A stretch of 64,000 nucleotides of DNA, taken from contig NW_026918875.1 of the NCBI RefSeq assembly GCF_032062105.1, positions 372,001 to 436,000 on the forward strand, written 5' to 3'. Shown one piece after another: positions 55,247 through 64,000 of the stretch. Source of the stretch: Saccostrea cucullata (Eukaryota). Positions within the stretch are counted from its first letter, which is position 1, and each line of letters starts with the position of its first letter. The notes below the pieces were generated by a model. The model saw nothing but the letters and a program-made list of their open reading frames with translations, was not told where the DNA came from and did no database searches. Made by a program: the position numbers and the translations under genes.

Positions 55247-58200
55247 CATTGTTCGCACAGAATAATTGTTAATTTGTTAAGCACAGAAGGTACCCTAAAA
55301 CAACTTACTTATGCTGCAGTCTGTACGAGAAGTGGCTCCAGTGCCTTGTGTGGTGTACCCAGAGGGACACGGCTTACAGTCAAACCCTTCAGTTTTGTCT
55401 CTATAGGTACCCTGCAGACACACTTGACAAACACCTTGTGTCTCAAACTGTCCAGAGGGACAATCCCCTAAAAAATAGAAATACAAATCCAAATGTTGAG
55501 GTGGTTGAAATCACATGCATGATGCTAAAAAATATTCTGTTGTTACTGATTACCTGGTAGCTTAAGGCTGGGTTACTATCATATTTTGCAGAATACAGGG
55601 TACATATAATATACCACTTTATTATATACCTAATGTGTATCACTCAATTTTACTGTAGATTTAACGCAATAATGTGATGTCGTGATCTGACTTTCCCAAT
55701 CACCACACTGTGGTTTTCTGAATCCATATCACCACTATCTGAAACTGATGACATAGTACGCAGAAATATTTCTTGCGCTTTATAAAAAGTCCCGTGTTAT
55801 AATAATATATATATATAGCTATTGTTTAATGACATAACAAAAACATCTTCTTAAGATAGTATATATTATACTGCTATTACATAATGGATCTCTAAAGGTT
55901 TATTTTAATATATTTAGTATCGAATACTAAAATACTCGGGGATGTATATTAATAAATTTATCATTATACCTGTTTAGTAAATTTCATACCTGGCGAGGCG
56001 GAGCCGAGTCTGTTATGAAATTTACTAACCAGGTATCATCCCATACCCTGTCACTAAAAGTCTATGTAACGAATTTACCCCACCGATGAAACATTTACGT
56101 TTTATTTGTGGTTTATAAATGATTTTCTCTGCTAAATGCTTCATCACGCTTATACTGCGCCTATTATGACGTCACATTGTGTTTGTTACGTAATGCATCG
56201 ACCGGGTATGGATTTACAACTGACCGGGTATAAGTAATCCACCGCCTTCACGTGACAGACTTTAACCAATCGTAAGCCAGGATTTCATGGAAAAATCAAC
56301 AGAGGTGGGGTAATTTTAAATATTTCTGAGCTTATATATTTATTAATGCATTAAAACATTGATTTTAAAATATATATATAGGGTTTCCTAAATGACCGTT
56401 ATATACAGTAATTACCGATGTGCCTACCTGGCTTTTCTCACCTTCGACTGTTTTCTACCCTAATGTTTAGTTTGCTTTAATTATTTGTTTTCATTGAACA
56501 CATTGTTTAAGGTCCATTATATTTGAATAAATTAAATAATTTTGTCAATTCTCCAAGAAGCCGTAGAGACAGACGATATTGCATGTGCGATTGTTGATAT
56601 GGATGCGTTTGATTACATGCCAATTAATGCCAATGGTTGAAGGCAAATGCTTTAAAAATCTTATGTTCTCGTAATTTTATGAAATCTCGGATCAAAAAGC
56701 ACGTATAAATCCTCTCTGTTGTAGGATTATATAAGTTTATACCGTACATGTAGCTCTGACAACTTATTTCGTCAAAGGCATCAAAGCTACATATACAATT
56801 AATGGATTATTTGAAACAAAAACACTGTGAACAATTTATGATTTTATGTGATAAATAAATTGAACTTAAAAAGAATTTCGTCGCGTACAAAGTGGTCATA
56901 ATTATATTATTATAACGCATTGTTTTATATACTACAAGAGTTTACCATGTTTTACAGTTATCAATTAACTTGTTCCTATTCATTTACACTTTACCGAACC
57001 CGGGTCCTACTAATAAAAATTGACCGATTTGGCATCCCTAGTAATTATCCATTGTTTTATATACTAAGACATTCTATAAATAGAATCCTACTTAGACCAG
57101 GTACCAGTACATGTATTAAAATGTAATAGTATCATCCAAGAAAATCTTAGGTACAGTAGTGCTAAAGGTCTTCGAGGAATGGACACCACTTACTGATGCA
57201 GGGACATAACTCTGACAAACCTCTGTTGCACTCTGTAAAATATTTATTGGATAAATAAGGTACATCACGACTTACTGGTGCAATTATCCCTGCTGGTCAT
57301 TCCTCTTGCTCTGGTTGTGTAGCCTTGTGGACATTGGGTACAGCTGTCCTGCCATTTATATTCATTGAACGTTCCCACTGGACAATCTGTACACTGGTTA
57401 TCTGCTGGATTTCTGTACTGACCAGGGGAGGTGCAGTTTCCTAAAAGTAGAAGAGAGCAAAATCATATACTCTATGTGGTATAAAAGAGAAAACATCGCT
57501 GCCTAAATGAAAAAAATTAATAAATTAATAGAATGATGTTTCAGTTCAATATACCAATTAATTTCTATCTGAATTTTACAATGATGCAAGGAGCTTCAGT
57601 CTTGTGCAAAGTAAAAGATTTACAGGTGTTCAAACTCATCCCAAAAAGTACAGTATATGGGGAGCTAAAAATTGGAACAAGGGGCCTTAAGTTTTGATCT
57701 TAATATTCAAGTAATTCTATTGGGACTAGAAGGATTGATGTAACCAGGGATTTGAAAGTAAATGGATGTGGGTTTTTTTTTTCTTTGAAAAGACTAAATT
57801 GCTGGAAAATAAAATTTGAGGGCAAGAACATTATTTTCCAATTAGATAATGTATTTTTGGAGATGTATTATCCAAAACAATCCTGAATTCTCTTCTGCTT
57901 TGGCAAAATGTATCCTCAACAAATGGACAACATGAAGCTAAGTATGTGTATGCAGAGTTAAGTATTGAAATTTTATACCTCATTGGTGCATTGTGGAATT
58001 ACATTCATTTGCTTATATGAAGAAATGTGTAATCTGACTTACTGATGGTACAGTTACTATCACTAGTGGCCCGGTCAGCTGAGGTGATGAAATCTACTGG
58101 ACACATCTGACATGTTAGCTGAGTGCGATCCGTTTTATCTCTGTAGTAGCCACGCAGACAACCATTACAGCCCTTAGTTACAGGATCATACTGATCACCA

Positions 58201-61200
58201 GAGGGACAATCCACTGAAGAAAAAATCATAAAACATGATTAAAACTTTTGACTTTTATTAATTACAAAATTTAATATACTCTTGTTTGTATTAGTGATAA
58301 ATATTGTAAAATTTTCAAAGTCCCCCTTTTTTTATCCATTGAAAACAATTAAACAACCCTCAATTATCATTAAATTTTGTTACAGTTGCGGTATGTTTTT
58401 TTGTCTTTGACTTTCACAAACCTCTTCTCGGGACTGTTATAGTTTGATTATATGCAACTTATTTCATGGTCAAAATTCTTAAGTTGCAATTGGAGAAAAA
58501 TTTCAAACTGACTATATAAATAACTTTAACTTGTTCAGTAACTTGCACCATTTGACAAGTCTGGGGTTAACAAAGAAGGACTGAAAGCTTCAAACTCACC
58601 CACACACTCGTCGAGACTGGTGGCTCCCATTTTCTGTGTCACAGCCTTGTTAGCAGGACAATTTACACAAGATGTCTGCCATTTATCTGGCTGGTATGTA
58701 TCATAAGGGCAAAGCTCACACTTATTGTCTTTAAGATAAGATCCAGGGTTGCAGGCAGCTACATATAAAAGAAGGAGGGTATGAATACTTTTCTATTGGT
58801 GTTTTACTTTGCAGCAGTTGTAATTTGATAATAATACTACACTATTTGAAATACAGCACACAAAAGAATTTCCATCCATTTAAATTTGCCAATGACAGCA
58901 TACTGATTATGCATTGTTGAAAAACATTTTTATAACTGACCACTTGTCTTTTAAAATATTTTCCATTGCAATAGAGATATATAAATCTCAAGATATTTCA
59001 TGATCCCTGGGGCTTTGTCATCACTGTTCAAATTCAAAAGGGAATTAATTTTTCATATACAGTTCAGAAAATGTCTAGAAATACTGACGGACAGAGCAGT
59101 TTGCTGCCAGAGTGGCTCCCTCGGCTTGTGTTATGAATCCTGAAGGACATTCCTTACACAGGGCAGCAGCATACTCAGTCTTGTAATATCCAATCTTACA
59201 CTTGCTGCAGTTTCCACCGATGTCTTCATAACCAGGACTACACTGTACTGTAATTAAAACAGAAGAATTAAAACGTCAGCAGAATAAAACTGAAGAGTTT
59301 ACAAGATGTAAAATCTCTGTCTGAAGGTTTGTTTTTGGGGTCATATTTATATTTTAAAAGTTAACAATTCAGGAAAGAGTAAAATTTCTGTGGATATACA
59401 CACCAAATTTCCTTTAATGAATGTATATTGAAAATCAGGGTCTGCGGGAGAGAAATTCCTATAACGTTAGATCTCTAGACGATTGTAATAAAAAACTTTT
59501 AAATATGACCCTGTATTACAATCTTACATTGACACATGCTGAGGGAGGTCGATCCGGTGGACTCAGTGGTTTTGTCTGTGGGACACTGAACACAAGATGT
59601 CTGCCATCGCTCCGGCTGGTAGAAACCCTTGGCACAAGGCTGACACTGGTTGCTATTATCTCTATAATGTCCAGCAGAACAATTGGCTGTTGGATGAAAA
59701 CCAAACATAATGAACAGAGATGAAAAACACGTCTTTGCAAAGAAATACCTGCTAGTACATGTATAAAACTTAAGGGGATTTTTTGGGGCTCCTCTTTTCT
59801 GCAGTTCTAACATATTAAAACTTTATAAACATAACAATTAAATTGGAAAAAAAAATCAAGGAACTGAAAATTGTAAATATCTCTACATAAATGAAAGCAG
59901 AAGTTAGCATTCATTGTCCAATACAAATAAAATGAATCAATGAGAAAGCTTTTAAGTTGCATTCCCCTGGAAAAGCATCCTCGCAAAAAAACATACAAAG
60001 AAAAAAAGTCTACCTATTGTACAGTCTGTTTTTGCAGTAGATCCATTGTTGGCGGTGATGAATTCCACAGGACAGAGAGTACACATGGAGAACTTATCTT
60101 CATTGTTATCTTTGTAGTATCCCACTGTACAAGTAACACAAGCTCCCCCTGTCTTCTCCTGGCCAGAGGGACAGAATGCTGAAGAATATATCAATGGTTT
60201 ACTTACTAAGATATGATATTGCATTCAGACTATACAATTATTTAGATCGTCTTCAGTTCATCATAGAGAATTGACGAGTATCAACATACAAAGCAATCTT
60301 ACTTTCACAGTCTGTCTGTTTGGTGGAGTTGACGTCGCGGGTGTATGTGTTGGCTGGACAGTCTAAACACGATGACTGGTGGGGATTGGGCTGGTACTGC
60401 CCTCTCAGACATCCATCACAGCCTGTGTCACCCGTCTGTCTCTTTGTTCCTGCTGGGCAATCCCCTGAAGATGAAAATAAGGATCGAGAGCTTTGTCAAG
60501 GTGTCAACAAAAATTACAGAACTTGCTAAACAAAGATCTCTTGGGAAATTTAGATTCTTGATAATAACATTACAACTGATTAGTATAGGTACAGTATGTG
60601 AGGAATAGTGGAATACAATTTTGTGCCCTTTGGCCTTCAACTCTGTAAACCATTGTAATTCGTGGCAAAATTTTTTCTTTTATGATGTATGGTCTTGACA
60701 AAGAAGAATTTCATTCATCTGAATGTATTACAATAAACTCCTCCGTGGTAGTTGTTACTTACTGACGGTGCAGTCCGAGACAGAATCTGATCCAGTAGCG
60801 GGAGTGACATAGTCCACGGGACACTTTGTACAGTTATTGAACTTGAAATCTGTGTTTGTCTTGTAGTAACCAATAGGACAGTCATCACACCTCTGAAGTT
60901 GTTCATTACGGACCTTCCCAGACTCACAGAACACTGGAAATAAAGCAAAGTTCAATATTGTCTTACCATTTATTAAATCTGCCAATTTAAAGACTTTTTT
61001 CCCATTTTTGCTCAAAATTTTCAAGATTTTAAATAGTGTTGGCAAATTGGACGATTTTTAGTAACCGGTTACTCGCTTCATCTTCCGATCGAGTACCCGT
61101 ACTCGGATGATTTTTCGTGAAAGTATCCACATCTTTTATTTATCTTATGCTTTACTTATCGGTAGTAGTAATACACAAATATACTGTATATATATGGACA

Positions 61201-64000
61201 TTATATTAACAATAAACACATGCGATATTGTCAACGAATTTTTATTTTAGATGAAAGAAAATAAGGAATTTGACACACGAAGAGGACAAATAAAGACATC
61301 GTCAATCACCATCTCACAATTGCTTTCCTTATGCTTTCCTTAATTTTCAGCCCCCGAAATATGTCGCTATCAAGGAGAATAATAATTATCTACATATTCC
61401 TTAATTAATAATTTTGTTGAGATTTTGAATCAGCTGTTCTTTCTTACAACTCCAAGCTTAATTTGTCTGTGGCGGCATAACGTTAAATTATCAAATGAGG
61501 TAATCATAACTCAGGACTTAAACTGTTGTATACCCCCAAGCAATCAAAGCTTTTAATTATATAAAGTGTGAAAACTAATCAAAACAATTTGATCCACAAC
61601 AACCATGTATTAGATCAAGTCTAACGGTACCTGAAACAAGGGAAATGTGTAAATATACATTTATAAATGATGAAACAATCATTTTATATGCATTTACTAT
61701 GTAAATTTTTTTCATGCGAGTAACCGAATAGCAGTTTTACTAACTGATACTCGCATCGTTCGACGGTTAACCGGTTAACCGGGTACTCGTTGCCAACACT
61801 AATTTTAAATATACATCAGAATGTTGGTAAAAACACATAAGAATGTCCAAAAAAGATAAACATCATTTTGGGAAATTATGACTTAGCATCCATATTGTGT
61901 TTACAAGGTTCTCTATATATCAATAGAATATGGATCCTTTTTTGTACCTTTACAGTCAGATGACTGAGTGGAGGCTATCTGATGAGTACTATAACCAGCG
62001 GGACAAACGGTGCAGTTCTCCTGGTCGGCCTGACTCTGATAAGTACCGTAAGGACAGGGGTCACAGCCATTGGCGGTGGCATTGGGGCGGTAACCGGCAC
62101 CACATCGGACTGTAAGAGAAAAATCAATGTAAACCAACTATTACTCGGGACAACTTTCATTTCTGATTCATCAGTCTGAACAATTTTCATTGTTGAAGAA
62201 GAATTATACACAAATAACAAAATTACCTTAAAGGTTACGTATTATAAGGACTTTTTTTTAATTGTTCAAAAGTAGGAAAATGTATAATAATTACAAGGGA
62301 ACTAAATTTAACCCCATTTCACAAAAGTATCAGGTCCTTAAGTCATATATAACAATTCAGGTTAATCCAATATTTGGCTAATGCCTGTATAAACCAAAAG
62401 TTGTATTCTGACATTTGCCAGCACTTACAAATTGAGCAGTCATCAATGGAATCAGATCCTGTTGTGGCGGTTAATTTTCCTCCAGGACAGGCTACACATT
62501 TGCTTGTTGGGTCTATGGAGTTGTCCTTGTAAAATCCTACTTTACAGTTAACACAGGTCAGAGAACTGGTACTGTTGTCTACTTCTTGTCCACTCTCACA
62601 GAAGACTGCACAATAAAATTACAATGTACAATGTACACAGAAACGGCCAGACAAAAAAACATAATTAGATTCTAATTTGTATCTATTTTGGGATGGAGCA
62701 GGGCTAAATATACTCAATGATACATTCAAACTATTGGATGGAGACACTATTGTCAGATTTTGGGGTGGAACAGTGCTAATACTTACAGATACAGTCTGAC
62801 TTTTGTGTGGAGCCTTTATTGAGGGTCATGTATCGTACGCCACCACAGGATTTACAGGAGGTCTGCCATTTTTCGTCTTGATACTCTCCCTTAAGAGAAA
62901 GTTTTGGAATCTTGTAAATGTTATATACGAGGGGTGATCAAAAAATTCGCAAACTTATTGAATAACTTCCAAAAAAGAAATGATATAGGGTTCTCCACTT
63001 CTGTAAGTTCCCTGGAGGCAAGAAGCTGGAAAAAATTTTGTAATCAAGTGAGAAATTATCTCATTGTTTGGCAATGTGACATTTAGGATAATGAACTTTT
63101 TAAAAATTATGTTTTTAAAAAGATTTTTGACATGTAATTTGAATGCTAGCACAACCATATTCCTATATCTGTAAATGATAACACATAATTAAATCTTTAA
63201 ATGTCTACTTACTGAGTGAGCAGTTAGCTATGGAGGTAGACCCCGGTTATTACTTACTGAGTGAGCAGTCAGCTATGGAGGTAGACCTGGTTGTTACTTA
63301 CTGAGTGAGCAGTTACCTATGGAGGTAGACCCCGGTTATTACTTACTGAGTGAGCAGTCAGCTATGGAGGTAGACCTGGTTGTTACTTACTGAGTGAGCA
63401 GTCAGCTATGGAGGTAGACCCAGTCGTTGGAGTCGTCTTGTCAGATGGACACGTGACACACACAGCTGTAGTTCCCAGAGTTCTGTATTTACCCAACGGA
63501 CAACGTACGCAGGTTCCATTGGGGGCCAGCTCAAAACCAGGATTACAGTCATCTGCAATTTGCAAAAAATACTTTTTTTATTACTGTTTGTGTACTTAAA
63601 AAAAATATTTAAGCAGCTTTTTAGCAGACCAAAATCTGCCAATTCATGAATACCATAAATAAATCATTGATACATGTGTAAATCAGCATATGGCATGGAA
63701 GTTTGAAGCACTAATTCATGATTATGCTTATGTTGGCACTAAAATTTGAATCTGCTGATTTATGTTCACAAACAGTTTTATTAAACAAACCAATAAATAT
63801 TTAGAGAAGGTTTTGAAATATTGTAAATAGTTAAATGTTATAAATTATAGTTACTTACTGTAGCATTCACTTTGAGAGGTGGATTTAACCGCTCGAGTTG
63901 TTTGACCCACTGGGCACGGGTCACAGTAAAACATTCCGGACTGGTTCTGGTAGAAGCCCACCTGACAAGGTTCACATCTGCTTCCTGTCTGGTAATGGCC
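50921..64000 (-). CDS. Multi-exon type I membrane protein: GCC2/GCC3 (ephrin-receptor-like) Cys-rich repeats, 2 EGF, TM, Tyr-rich tail; 5' part lies outside the window
   Basis: 19 intact exons with GT-AG sites join in frame: 63859-64000, 63391-63552, 62429-62605, 61948-62109, 60763-60933, 60303-60464, 60014-60178, 59528-59686, 59089-59247, 58600-58758, 58043-58213, 57276-57440, 55309-55467, 53198-53362 (repeats), 52592-52708 and 52076-52183 (EGF), 51687-51804 (TM), 51323-51513 and 50921-50946 (tail). Confidence 0.9.
51323..51513 (-). CDS. Cytoplasmic-tail exon (RPEKYSHH...AYHNPGFQ)
   Basis: tttcag acceptor and gtgag donor, phase 2-1. Confidence 0.85.
51687..51804 (-). CDS. Transmembrane exon (VIIASVTAGAALMILAILIVCCVA-RAR)
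   Basis: Hydrophobic stretch followed by basic residues, gtaag donor. Confidence 0.88.
52076..52183 (-). CDS. EGF-like exon 2 (CDLGYCVHGTCVKSPKLLCQCGTAYLGDRC)
   Basis: Six-Cys EGF spacing, phase 1-1. Confidence 0.88.
52592..52708 (-). CDS. EGF-like exon 1 (CDAGNNNCHLAASCTPTSNSFTCQCNQDFQGDGTNC)
   Basis: EGF_3-type spacing, phase 1-1. Confidence 0.9.
52670..52874. repeat. 97-bp tandem duplication spanning the EGF-exon splice acceptor
   Basis: Units start at 52670, 52767 and (partial) 52864. Confidence 0.92.
53386..53593. mobile_element. TA-flanked CTGT..ACAG MITE, intronic
   Basis: TIR ctgtaaaatcacatattttcatgggg / ccccacgaaaattaatgatttcacag. Same family as 43020-43315. Confidence 0.85.
53867..55245 (+). 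mobile_element. Cg170/CvA-type Helentron-associated element with a ~166-bp satellite array, intronic
   Basis: acaagaggcccatgggccac...gctcacctgag 5' end, about 5 full monomers of ~162-167 bp plus partials, (GACG/GACA)n, and a 3' hairpin gagccttcggctc-aggtgagctaaaa. Confidence 0.92.
61034..61801. mobile_element. hAT-type non-autonomous element, intronic
   Basis: 12-bp TIR tagtgttggcaa, exact 8-bp TSD attttaaa, subterminal taaccgg repeats. Confidence 0.88.
62787..63025 (-). pseudogene. Disrupted GCC2/GCC3 repeat exon (pseudo-exon)
   Basis: Intact acceptor plus SCLQGTYRSGE, and KGEYQDEKWQTSCKSCGGVRYMTLNKGSTQKSDCI plus a gtaag donor, are separated by ~97 foreign nt with an in-frame TAA. The CxxC is missing. 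Confidence 0.85.
63206..63421. repeat. Five copies of a 44/45-bp unit containing an exon 3' end and its splice donor
   Basis: tacttactgagtgagcagtcagctatggaggtagacc units start at 63206, 63251, 63295, 63340 and 63384. Confidence 0.95.

Noticed and set aside
56379-57040. Possible hAT element with TAGGG..CCCTA ends
   Set aside because: TIR similarity is weak and there is no matching TSD.
62893-62990. Insert in the broken exon as a new intron
   Set aside because: It has an acceptor-like end (tttctcttaag), but I found no donor that restores the frame, and the CxxC codons are absent.
50921-64000. Naming the repeat protein SCUBE, SVEP1, PCSK5 or uninflatable
   Set aside because: Only the shared repeat type is visible. 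Diagnostic N-terminal domains lie outside the window, so no symbol was assigned.

Overview
Animal genomic DNA, AT-rich with spliceosomal introns. The repeats (Cg170/CvA-type Helentron-associated elements) point to an ostreid oyster. The window has three parts. (1) 1-37 kb: two tandem, same-strand (minus), two-exon NET-family zinc-finger repressor genes (NocA/Elbow/Tlp-1; ZNF503/ZNF703-like). Paralog A spans <1..1939 and paralog B 33258..34876. Between them is a ~31-kb gene-free, mostly TE-poor interval, and the locus carries repeated PBX-MEIS/PREP (TGATTGACAG) sites. (2) 39-50 kb: a dense, nested cluster of non-autonomous transposons (Helentron-like, Tc1/mariner-type, IS3EU-like foldback with a 21-bp satellite, MITEs). 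(3) 50.9-64 kb: the 3' part of a minus-strand type I membrane protein. It has 15 one-exon-per-repeat, phase 1-1 GCC2/GCC3 (ephrin-receptor-like) Cys-rich modules in strict A/B alternation, one of which is disrupted, followed by 2 EGF domains, a TM helix and a Tyr-rich tail. Exons were read and translated by hand; no database search was run.
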